A stretch of DNA of 64,000 bases from the human T2T-CHM13v2.0 reference genome, Homo sapiens. Below the pieces are notes generated by a model. That model made no database searches. It was not told where the DNA came from and saw only the letters and a list, made by a program, of their open reading frames with translations. Where the stretch lies: NCBI RefSeq assembly GCF_009914755.1, contig NC_060937.1; one strand, 5' to 3'. A program made the translations under genes and the position numbers. How positions within the stretch are numbered: position 1 is the first letter of the stretch; each line of letters begins with the position of its first letter. Positions 29,201-41,146 of the stretch are shown piece by piece.

Positions 29201-32200
29201 CTCCATTCCATTCCATTGCATTCCATTCCACTGCACTCCCATCCACTCCACTCAACTCCACTCCACTCCAGTGCACTAAGCTCAATTCCGTTCCCTTCCA
29301 TTCGGTTGCTTTCCATTCTATACCCAACCATTCTATTCCACTCCACTCCATTCCACTCCACTCCACTTCTCTCCATTCCCCTCAATTCCATTCCACTCCA
29401 CTCCACTCCACTCCATTTCTTTCCATTCCACTCCTTTCCATTCCATGGCATTCCATTCCATTTCATTCTATTCCACTCTACTCCATTCGATTCCACTCCA
29501 TTCCAGTCCATTCCACTCCACTCCACTCCACTCTGCTCCACTCCAGTCAACTCCATTCCACTCCACTCCACTTCATTCCATTCCATTCCATTCCATTCCA
29601 CTGCAGTCCGATCCACTCCACCCAATTCCACTCCACTCCAACCATTCCATTCCATTCCGTTCCATTCTATTCCGTTCTGTTCCGTTCCATTCCATTCTAC
29701 ACCATTCCATTCCACTCCACTCCACTCAACTTGACTCCACTCCATTCCATTCCACTCCATTCCACTGCATTCCAATCCACTCCATTCCACCTCAATCCGT
29801 TCCTCTCCACTCCTCTCTATTCCATTCCTCTCCATTACATTCCACTCCATTCCATTCCATTCCACCCCATTACACACCATTCCAATCCACTCCACTCCAT
29901 TCCAATCCATCCAATTCCATTTTATTCCATTCCATTCCATTCTACTTTATTCCATTCCATTCCCTTATTTCAATCGGATCTCACTCTGTCACTGAGACTG
30001 GAGTGCAGTGGCACAATCTTAGCATACACTACATTTCACCATTCCATTCCATTCTTTTCCATTCCATTCCATTCCACTCCACTCCTCTCCACTCCACTCA
30101 ATTCTGTTCCATTCCATTCCATTCCATCCAATTCCATTCCATTCCATTCTGTTCCATTCCATTCCATTCCATTCCATTGCCTTGCATTGCATTCCTTTCC
30201 ATTGCATTCCATTCCTTTCCATTCCATTCCATTCCATTCCATTCCATTCCACTGCACTCCGGTCCAATCCACTCCACTCCACTACGTTCAGTTCCGTTCC
30301 ATTCAATTCTGTTCCATTCCATTCCGTTCCATTCTGTTCCATTCCTTTCCACTCCCCTCCATACCATTCCACTCTATTCTACTCCACTTCACTCCACTCC
30401 ACTCCACTCCACTCCACCCCATTCCATTCCATACCATTTCATTCCGCTGCACTCCCATCCACTCCACACAACTCCACTCCACTCTGTTCCATTCTGTTCT
30501 GTTCCGTACCTTTCCATTCCATTCCACATCATTCCATTCCAATGCAGTCCATTCCACTCCACTCCATTCCACTCCGTTATACAGCAATCCATTCCACTCC
30601 ACTCCATTCCACTCCACTCCACTCCATGCCCACCATTCCCTTCCACTGCACTCCACTCCACTCCATTCCATTCCATTCTACTCCATTCCATTCCATTCCT
30701 TACTTCGACTGGGTCTCACTCTGTCACTCAGACAGGAATGCAGTGGCACAATCATAGTTCACATTTCATTTCACTGTTCCAGTCCATTCCATTCCAGTTC
30801 ATTCCATTCCACTCCAGTCCACTCTACTCCACTCCACTCTACTCCACTCCACTCAACTCCACTGCACTCCACTCAACTCCATTCTGTTCCGTTCCATTCC
30901 TTTCCTTTCCATTGCATTGCATTCCTTTCCATTCCATTCCATTCCACTCCACTCCACTCCATTCCACTCCGTACCTTCACATTCCACTCCAGTCCTCTCC
31001 ACTCCACTCTACTACACTCCATTCCACTCCACCACATTAAACTTCACTCCACTACACTCCATTCCATTCCATTCCATTCCACTGTACTGCGACACACTCC
31101 ACTCAATTCCAATCCACTCAACTCCACTACACTCCGTTCCATTCCATTCCATTCTGTTCTATTCCATTCAACTCCATTACACTCCACTGCACTCCACTCC
31201 ACTCCATTTCACTCCATTCCACTCCATTCCACTGCACTCCACTCCACTAAACTCTATTCCATTCCACTCCATTTCAGTACATTCCATTCCACTCCATTCC
31301 ACTCCACTCCATTCCTCTCGATTCCATTCCATTCCTCTCCATTCCACTCCATTCCACTCCACTCCAATTCCACTCCATTCCACTCCACTCCACTCCACTA
31401 AACTCCATTCCATTCCACTCCATGTCAGTCCATTCCACTCTACTGCATTGCACTACACTCCATTCCATTCCTCTCAATTCCATTCCTTTCCACTCCACTC
31501 CATTCCACTCCACTCCACTAAACGCCACTCCACTTCACTAAACTCCACTCCTCTCGACTCCATACCATTCCATTACATTCCATTACATTCCACTGCAGTC
31601 CGATCCACTCCAATCAACTCCACTCCACTCTATTCCACTTTGTTCCATTCCGTTCTGTTCTGTTCCGTTCTACTCCACTCCATTCCATTCCACTCCACTC
31701 TAATCCACTCTACTCCACTCCTTTCCTCTCCGTTACATTCCACATCACTCCATTCCATTGCATTTTACTCCATTCCGTTCCATTCCTTTATTTAGACTGT
31801 ATCTCACTTTGTCACCCGTACTGGAGTGCAGTGGCACAATCTTAGCTCACGTTTCATTTCACCATTCCATTTCATTCCATTCCAATCCTTTCCATTCCAC
31901 TCCGTTCCACTCCACTCCACTGCACTCCAATCTGCTGCACTCCACTCCATTCCACTCCACTCCACTGCACTCCAATCCATTCCATTTCACTCTATGCCAC
32001 TGCTTTCCATTACATTGCATTCCATTTCAATCCTCTCCATTCCAATCCATTCCACTCCACTCCAATCCACTCCACTCCACTTCATTCCATTCCATTCCAT
32101 TCCATTCCCTTCCACTCCACACCATTCCATTTTACTCCACTCCCCTCTACTCCACTCCATTCCATTAAATTCCATTCCACTCCTCTTCATTCCATTCGAT

Positions 32201-35200
32201 TTCATTCCATTCCATTACATTCCAGTCCACAGCACTCCTATACACTCCACACCACTCCACTCCACACTACTCCACTCCATTCCATTCCTCTCCACTCCAC
32301 TCCATTCCATTCCATTCCATTCCATTCCATTCCATTCCATTCCATTCTACTCCACTGCATTCCATTCCATTCCACTCCACTGAAGTCCACCCACTCCATT
32401 TCACTCCATTCCACTTCCATCCACTCCATTCCACTCCATTCCATTCCACTCCACTCCATTCCATTCCATTTCATTCCATTCCTTTCAATGCCACTCCATT
32501 CCACTCCATTTCACTCCACTCCTTCCACTCCTTTCCATTCCACTACACTACATTCTCCTCCTTTCCATTCCATTCCTCTCCCTTCCATACCATTCCTTTC
32601 CACTCCATTCCACTCCACTCAATTCCATTCCACTCCATTCAATTCCATTCCACTCCATTACACTCTATTCCACTCTATTCCACTCCATTCCATTCCACTC
32701 TTCTCCCTTCCATGAAATTCTACTCCATTGTATTCCATTCCTTTATTTCGACTGGATCTCACTCTGTGACCCAGACTGGAGTGCAGTGACAGAATTTTAG
32801 CTCACATTTCATTTCACCATTCCATTCCGTTCCATTTAATTCCATTCTATTCCATTCCATTCCATTACACTCCAATCCACTCCACTCCACTCCTTTTCAT
32901 TCCGTTCGACTCCACTCAACTCCCCTCCGCTTCACTCCACTCCACTCCATTCCATTCCACTCCACTCCATTCCATTCCACTCCACTCCGTTACTTTCCTT
33001 TCCATTCCAGTCCACTGCACTCCAATCCATTCCTCTCAACCTCACTCCAGTTCACTGTTTTCCATTCCGTTCCATTCCATTCCGTTCCATTTCATTCCTT
33101 TCCACTCCATTCCAATCCACTCCACTCTACTCCACTGCACTCCACTCCATTCCATTCCATTCCGTTCCATTCCATTCCACAGCACTCCGATCCACTCCAC
33201 TGCACTCCAATCCACTCCACTCCATTCCATTCCACTCCATTCCATTACACTCCACTTCCCTTCATTTCAATCCACTCCCTTCCATTCCACTTCACTCCAC
33301 TCCATTTTACTCCACTCCATTCAATTCCACTTCACTCCACTCCATTCCACTCCACTCCATTCCACTCCACTCCATTCCATTCCATTCCTTTCCATGCCAT
33401 TCCATTCCACTCCACTCCATTCCATTCCACTCCATTCCATTCCATTCCATTCCATTCCATGCCATTCCATTCCATGCCATTCCTCTCCACTCCGTTCCAC
33501 TCCACTCCACATCACTCCACTGGATTCCATTTCAGTCCACTCCACTCCATTCCATTCAATTCCATTGCACTCCACTCCATTCCATTTTACTACAGTCCAC
33601 TCAATTCCATTGTACTACACTCCACTCCATCCCATTGTACTACACTCCACTCCATTCCACTGTACTCCACTCCACTCCACTCCACTCCAATCCACTTCGT
33701 TCCATTAAATTTCATTCCACTCCACTCCTTTCCATTTCATTCCATTCCATTCCAGTCCACTGCACTCTGATCCACTCCACTCAACTCCACTCCACTCCAC
33801 TCCCCTCCACTCCTTTCCATTCCGTTCCATTCCACTCCAATCTATTCCATTCCATTTCGTTCCATTCCATTCCATTCCACTGTACTGCATTTCGTTCCTC
33901 TCCATTCACTCCACTCCACTCCCCTCATTCCATTCCATTCCATTCCACTGCACTCCAATCAATTCCACTCCACTCCACTCCATTCTATTCCATTCCACTC
34001 CATTATATTCCGTTGCACTTCACTCCATTCCACTCCACTACATTCCATTCCACTCCACTCAATTCCACTCCAATCCACTCCCTTCCGTTCCACTTCACTC
34101 AATTCCATTCCACTCCACTCCATTCCATTCCACTCCACTCCATTCCATTCCATTGCAGCCCATTCCACTCCACTCCATTCCTTTTCATTCCACTCCATTC
34201 CATTCCATTCCATTCCATTCCATTCCACTCCACTCCATTCCTGTCCACTCCACTCTACTCCACTCTATTCCCTCCCTCTCCACTCCACTCCACTCCATTC
34301 CATTCCATTCCATTCTATTCCATTCCAATCCATTCCACTGCACTCCATTCCACTACACTCAAATCTACTCCACTCCACTCCATTCCCTTCCATTTGGTTC
34401 CATTCCATTCCTTCCATTCCATTCCACTCCATTCCTCTCCACTCCACTCCATTCCACTCCATTCTACTCCATTCCCCTCCACTCCACTCCAATGCACTCC
34501 ACTCCACTCCTTTCCATTCCATTCCATTGCATTCCACTGCATTTCAATCCACTCCCCTCTACTCCACTACACTCCACTCAACTCCACTCCTTTCCATTCT
34601 GTTCCTTTCCGTTCTGTACGGTTTCATTCCATTCCACTCTATTCCATTCCACTCCACTCCACTCCATTTCACTCCATAGCACTCCATTCCACTGCACTCC
34701 ACTCCACTCCTCTCCACTCCACTCCACTCCATTCCATTCCACTCAATTGCATTCCTTTCCATTCCATTCCACTCCATTCCACTAAACTCCATTCCACTCC
34801 ACTCCACTCCATTATACTATATTCCTCGTCATTCCATTCTATTCCATTCCATTCCTCTCTATTCCATTTAATTCTTTCCACTCCATTCCACTCCACTCCA
34901 TTCCACTACACTCCATTCCACTCCACTCCACTCCATACCACTCCATTCCATTCCACTCCACTCTATTCCATTTCATTAACTTCCATTCCATTCCATTCCA
35001 CTACACGCCAGTCCACTCCACTCAACTCACTTCACTCCACTCCTTTCCCTTCCATTCCATTCTATTTCATTCCATTCAATTCCATTCCATTCCATTCCAC
35101 TCCATTCCACTCCACTCCATTCCATTCCATGGCATTCTACTCCATTCCACTGCACTCCCTTCCACTCCACTCCATTTTACTCCATTCCATTACTCCACTC

Positions 35201-38200
35201 CACTCCACTCCATTCCATTCCATTCCGTTCCACTGCACTCCGATCCACTCCTCTCAACTCCACTCCACTCCACTCTGTTCCATTCCATTCCGTTTCATTC
35301 TGTACTATTCTGTTCCATTCCACTCCATTCCATGCCAGTCCACTCCATTCCATTCCACTCCATTTCACTCCATTCCACTACATTCTACTCCATTCCACCC
35401 CATTCCACTTCACTCCATTCCACTCCTCTCCACTCCACTCCATTCCATTCCACTGATTTGCGTTCCATTCCATTCCACTCATTTCCATTCCATTCCATTC
35501 CATTCCTCTCCATTCTACTCCACTCCATTCCATTATGCTGCATTCCACTTCATTCCATTCCATTCCATTCGTCTCTATTCCATTTCTTTCCGTTCTGCTC
35601 AATTCCACTTTACTCCATCCCAGTACACTCCATTCCACTCCGTTCCACTGCATTCCATTCCACTCCACCTCATTCCTTTCCACTTTACTCCATTCAATTC
35701 CATTGCTTTATTTCGATTGGATGTCACTCTGTCACCCAGACTGTATTGCAGTGGCACAATTTTAGCTCACATTACGTTTCACCATTCCATTGCATTCCAT
35801 TCCATTCCATTCCATTCCATTCCACTCCACTCCACACCACTCTACTCCACTCCACTCCATTCCATTCCACTCCATTCCATGCCATTTCATTCCATTCCAT
35901 TCCACTGCACTCCGATCCACTCCACTCAACTGCACTACTCTCCACTCCACTTCATTCCTTTACCTTCCATTCCATTCTGTTCCTTTCCATTCCATTCCAC
36001 TCTACTCCATTCCATTCCCCTCGTTCCACTCCAGTCCACTGCACTCCACTCTACTCCACTCTGCTCCACTCCACTCCAATCCATTCCCTTCCATTCTACT
36101 GCATTCCATTCGATTACTTTATTTCAATTGGATCTCACTTTGTCACCCAGACTGTAGTGCAGTGGCAAAATCTTAGCTCACAATGCATTTCACCATTCTT
36201 TTCCATTCCATTCAACTCCATTCCATTCCATTCCACTCCACTCCACTGCACTCCACTTCACTCTACTCTCCTGCACTCCCTTCCATCCCACTTCACTCCA
36301 TTCCATTCCATTCCGTTCCGTTCCGTTCCGTTCCGTTCCATTCCATTCCGTTCCATTCCATTCCTTTCCTTTCCACTGCACTCAGATTGACTCGACTCAA
36401 CTCCACTGCACTCCACTCCATTCCGTTCCATTCCTTTCCATTCCATTCCTTTCCTTTATGTTCCATTCCATTCCTATCCACTCCAAACAATTCCAGTCCA
36501 CTCCTTTCCATTAAATTCCTCTCCACTCCACTCCACTAAACTCCACTCCTTCCCATTCCATTCCACTGCACTCTGATGCACCCCACTCAACTCCACTCCA
36601 CTCTACTCCACTCCACTCCATTCAATTCTGCTGCCCTCCAATCCACTCCACTGCACTCCACTCCCTTCCTTTCCATTCCAATCCATACCATTCCACTGCA
36701 CTCCTCTCCATTCCACTCCACTCCATTCCATTCCACTCCACTCCATTCCATTCCACTTCACTCCATTCCATTCCACTCCACTCCTTTCCATTCCACTCCA
36801 CTCCATCCCATTCCTTTCCATTCCATTACATTCCATTACATTCCACTCCACTCCATCCCATTCCTTTCTATTCCGTTCCATTCCATTCCATTCCATTCCA
36901 TTCCTTTCCATTCCATTCCACTGCACTCTGATCCACTCCACTCAACTCCTCTCCACTGTACTCCATTCTGTTCCATTCCGTTGCATTCCATTCCTTTCCA
37001 TTCCTTTCAATTTCATTCCATTCCATTCCATTCCACTCCACTCCATGCCATTCCACTCCATTCCACTCTACTCCACTCCACTCCAATCCCCTCCACTCTA
37101 CTCCCTTACATTCCATTCCATTCCATTGCACTGCATTCCTATCCACTCCACTCAACTCCATTGCACTCTACTCCACTTCATTCCACTGTGTTGCATTCCA
37201 TTTCATTCATTTCCTCTCCATTCCATTCCACTCCATTCCATTCCACTCCACTCGATTCCACTCCACTCCATTTCACTCCATTGCACTCCATTCCACTCCA
37301 CTCCACTCCATTCCATTCCACTCTATTCCATTCCATTCCACTCCATTCCATTCAATTCCATTCCATACCATTCCACTCCATTCAACTCCACTTCACTCCA
37401 CTCCACTCCAATTCCCTCCACTCCACTCCAATCCACTCCACTCCACTCCATTCCATTCCACTCCATTCCATTCCACTTCACTCTGCTCCATTCCATTCCA
37501 CTACACTCCACTCCATTCCATTCCATTTTTTTGAAATCCACTCCATTCCATTTCACTCCACTCCACCCCAATCCACACCACTCCACTTCACTCCACTCCA
37601 TTCCATTCCATTCCATTCCATTCCATTCCATTCCATTCCATTCCACTGCACTCCAATCTTCACATAAAATGTAGACAGAAGCTTTCTGAGAAACTTTTCT
37701 CTGATGTGTGCATTCATCTCACAGATGTGAACCATTCTTTTGTTTGAGCAGTTTGGTAACATTCTTTTTGTAGAATCTGCAAAAGGATATTTGTGAGCAC
37801 TTTGAAGCCTATGGTGAAAAAGGAAATATCTTCAGAGAAAAACTAGAAAGAAGGTTTCTGAGAAACTGCTTTGTCATGTGTGAATTAGTCTCACAGATTT
37901 GAACCTTTCTGTTGATTGAACATATTGGAAACCGTCTTTTTGTAGAATCTGCAAAGGGATATTTGTGAACACTTGGAGGCCAATGGTGAAAAAGGAAATA
38001 TATTCACATGAAAACTAGACAGAATCTTTCTGAGACACTTCTGTGTTTGGAGTGCACTCATCTCAAACAGTTGAACCTTTCTTTTGATTGAGCAGTTTGG
38101 AAACAGTCTTTTTGTAGGATCAGCAATGAGATGTTTGTGAGTGCTTTGAGGCCTATGGCAAAAAAGGAAATATCTTCACATAACAACTAGACAGAAGGTT

Positions 38201-38429
38201 TCTGAGAAACTGCTTTGTAATGTGTGCATTCATCTCCCAGTGGTAAACATTTATTTTCATTGAGCAGATGGGAAACTTTTTTCTTGTAGAATCTGCAAAG
38301 GGATATTTGTGAGTGCTTTGAGGCCTATGGTGAAAAAGGAAATATCTTCATATAAAATGTAGACAGAAGCTTTCTGAGAAATTTATTTGTGATGTGTGCA
38401 TTCTTCTCATAGAGTTGAACCATTCTTCT

Positions 38430-39601
38430 CTATTTTTTTGGGAGCTCTGGGTTTATTTATTTATTTATTTACTTTTATTATTATTATACTTTAATTTTTA
38501 GGGAACATGTGTTCAACGTGCTAGTTTGTTACACATGTATACATGTGCCATGTTTGTGTGCTGCACCCATGAACTCATCATTTAGCATTAGGTATATCTC
38601 CTAAGGCTATCCCTCCCCCTCCCCACACCTGACTACAGTCCCTGGTGTGTGGTGTGTGATGTTTCCCTTCCTGTGTCCATGTGTTCTCTTTGATCAACTC
38701 CCAACTATGAGTGAGAACATGTGGTGTTTTATTTTTTGTCCTTGCAATAGTTCACTGAGAATGATGGTTTCCAGCTTCATCCATGTCCCTACAAAGGACA
38801 TGAACTCATCATTTTTTATGGCTGCATAGTGTTCCATGATGTATATGTGCCACATTTTCTTCATCCAGTCTATCGTGGTTGGACATTTACGTTGGTTCCA
38901 AGTCTTTGCTATTGTGAATAGTGCCACTATAAACATATGTGTGCATGTGTCTTTATAGCAGCAAGATTTATAATCCTTTGGGTATATACCCAGTAATGGC
39001 ATGGCTGGGTCAAGTGGTATTTCTAGTTCTAGATCCCTGAGGAATCTCCTTACCGACTTCCACAATGGTTGAACTAGTTTACAGTCCCATTAACAGTGCA
39101 AAAATGTTCCTATTTCTCACATCCTCTCCAGCACCTGTTGTTTCCTGACTTTTTAATGATCGCCATTCTAACTGGTGTGAGATGGTATCTCATTGTGGTT
39201 TGACTTGCATTTCTCTGATGGCCAGTGAAGATGAGCATTTTTTCATTTGTTCATTGGCTGCATAAATGTCTTCTTTTGAGAAATGTCTGTTCATATCCTT
39301 TGCCCACTTTTTGATGGAGTTGTTTGTTTTTTTCCTGTAAATTTGTCTGAGTTCATTGTAGATTCTAGATATTAGCCCTTTGTCAGATGAATAGGTTTCA
39401 AAAATTTTCTCCCATTCCATAGGATGCCTGTTCACTCTGATGGTGGTTTCTTTTGCTGTGCAGAAGCTCCTTAGTTTAATGAGATCCCATTTGTCAATTG
39501 TGGCTTTTGTTGACATTGCTTTAGGTGTTTTAGACATGAAGTACTTGCCCTTGCCTATGTCCTGAATGGTATTGCCTAGGTTTTCTTCTAGAGATTTTAT
39601 G
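38430..39601 (-). mobile_element. 5'-truncated LINE-1 (L1PA3/PA4-like), ~1.15 kb, with target-site duplication
   Basis: T-rich tail followed by the antisense L1 3' UTR (tatactttaa..ttttaggg..acatgtg). ORF2 C-terminal fragments: [29 protein letters not shown] and [18 protein letters not shown] tgaaccattcttct (38416-38429) versus tgaagcattctttt (39602-39615), with an endonuclease-type site TTTT/GA. Subfamily is inferred from the 3' UTR gctaaatga..ttaggagat and is tentative. Confidence 0.95.
38880..39601 (-). pseudogene. Frameshifted L1 ORF2 C-terminal remnant
   Basis: ORF-track pieces 39190..39609 and 38694..39065 match the L1 ORF2p C-terminus but are split across frames. The left boundary is approximate. 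Confidence 0.8.
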
Positions 39602-40120
39602 TGAAGCATTCTTTTGATTAATCAATTTGGATACTCTGTTGTTGTAGAATCTACAAGGAGATATTTGTGAGCGCTTTGATGCCTATGGTGAAAAAGGAAA
39701 TATCTTCACCTAAAAACTAGACAGAAGCATTCTGAGAAACTTCTTTGCGATGTATGCATTCGTCTCACACAGTTGAACCTTTCTTCTGATTGAGCAGTTT
39801 CAAAACAGTCCTTTTGTAGAATCTTCAAAGGGATATTTGTGAGCCCTTTGAGGCCTATGGTGAAATAGGAAATATCTTCATATAAAAACTAGTCAGAAGA
39901 TTTCTGGAAACTTATTTGTGATGTGTGCTTTCACCTCACAGAGTTGAACCTTTCTTTTGATTGAGCAGTTTGAAAACACACTTTTTGTAGAATCTGCAAA
40001 TGGATATTTGGAGCACTTTGAGGACTATGGTGAAAAAGGAAATATCTTCACATAAAAATTAGAAAGCAACATTTTATGAAACTTCTTTGTGATGCGTGCT
40101 TTCATCTCACATAGTTGAAC

Positions 40121-41146
40121 CTTTCTATTCATTGAGTAGTTTGGAAACCATCTTTTGTAGAATCTGCAAATGGATATTTGGAGTGGTTTGAGGCCTTCGT
40201 GAGAAAGGAAATATCTTCACATAAAAACTAGACAGAAGCATTCTGAGAAACTTCTTGGTGACGTGTGCATTTACCACACAGAGTTGAACTGATCTGTTGA
40301 TTGAACAGTTTGGTAACAGTCTTTTTGTAGTATCTGTAGAGGGATGTTTGCGAGCAGTTTGAGGCCTATGGTGAGCAAGGAAGTATCTTCACATAAAAAC
40401 TAGACAGAAGCTTTCTGAGAAATTTCTTTGTGATGTGTGAATTAATCTCAGAGTGTTGAATCTTTCTTTGGATTGAGCAGTTTGTAAACAATCCTTTTGT
40501 AGAATCTGCAAAGGTATATTTCTGAGCCCATTGAGGCCTATGGTGAAATATGAAATATCTTCCCATAAAAAGAAGATAGAAGGTTTCTAAGAAACTTCTC
40601 AGTGATGTGTGCTTCCATCTCACAGAGTTGAACATTTCTATTCATTGAGCAGTTTGGAAACCATCTTTTTGTAGAATCTGCAAATGGATATTTGGAGTGG
40701 TTTGAGGACTTTGTGAGAAAGGAAATATCTTCACATTAAAACTAGACAGAAGCATTCTGAGAAACTTCTTGGTGACGTGTGCATTTATCACACAGAGTTA
40801 AACCCTTCTTTTGATTGAACAGTTTGGAAACAGTCTTTTTGTAGTATCTGTAGAGTGATTTTTGTGAGCAGTTTAAGGCCTATGGTGAACAAGGAAATAT
40901 CTTCACATAAAAACTAGGCAGAAGCTTTCTGAGAAACTTCTTTGTGATGTGTGAACTCATCTCACAGTGTTGAACCTTTGTTTGGATGGAGCAGTTTGTA
41001 AACAATCCTTTTGTAGAATCTGCAAAGGTATATTTCTGAGCCCATTGAGGCCTATGGTGAAATACGAAATATCTTCCCATAAAAACTAGACAGAAGGTTT
41101 CTAAGAAACTTCTTTGTGATGTGTGCTTCCATCTAACAGAGTTGAA
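40121..41146 (+). repeat. Tandem duplication of a 3-monomer (~513 bp) alpha satellite unit
   Basis: Shared rare variants at a 513-bp offset: ctattcattgag (40125/40638), aaaccatctt, gtgagaaagg, cttggtgacgtgtgcattta, aaacaatcctttt, tcccataaaa, gtgcttccatct. Confidence 0.88.

Larger units (their letters stand above)
846..36180 (-). mobile_element. Family of 29 interspersed 63-64 bp antisense Alu 3'-end (AluJ-like) fragments co-amplified with HSat3, plus one remnant
   Basis: Consensus ctttatttcgactggatctcactctgtcacccagactggagtgcagtggcacaatcttagctca aligns to antisense Alu ttttttgagacagggtctcgctctgtcgcccaggctggagtgcagtggcgcgatcatagctca. Copies: 846-909, 3237-3300, 3974-4037, 4631-4694, 8799-8862, 10545-10607, 11101-11164, 13187-13250, 15056-15119, 15598-15661, 16434-16496, 17485-17548, 18850-18913, 20176-20239, 21040-21103, 21631-21694, 22913-22976, 23777-23840, 24599-24662, 26215-26278, 27327-27390, 28314-28377, 29092-29155, 29963-30026, 30699-30761, 31786-31849, 32741-32804, 35706-35769, 36117-36180. 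Remnant at 25662-25668. Confidence 0.92.
1..37658 (+). repeat. Diverged human satellite 3 (HSat3/SatIII) array, CATTC/CACTC-rich; runs off the left edge of the window
   Basis: Continuous tandem pentamers CATTC and CACTC with variants (CACTG, CAATC, CGTTC, CTTTC, TGTTC). The pyrimidine-rich strand is + throughout. It ends at ...ccactgcactccaatc, where alpha satellite begins. Confidence 0.97.

Noticed and set aside
846-36180. CRISPR-like array (conserved repeat with variable spacers)
   Set aside because: The repeats are Alu-derived, the spacers are 0.35-4.1 kb of satellite, there are no cas genes, and the DNA is primate.
846-36180. 29 independent Alu insertions, or Pol III-competent Alus
   Set aside because: Breakpoints and private mutations are shared, there are no TSDs, and the fragment lacks the left-arm A/B promoter boxes.
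1-37674. Long ORFs up to 840 aa (HSIPF.. on +, MEWNG.. on -)
   Set aside because: CATTC/CACTC pentamers and their complements contain no stop codons in any frame. The ORFs overlap in multiple frames and are low-complexity translations of the repeat, with no evidence of a gene.
40195-40212. Possible CENP-B box (cttcgtgagaaaggaaa)
   Set aside because: It lacks the essential CGGG half, and the paralogous copy reads ctttgtgag.
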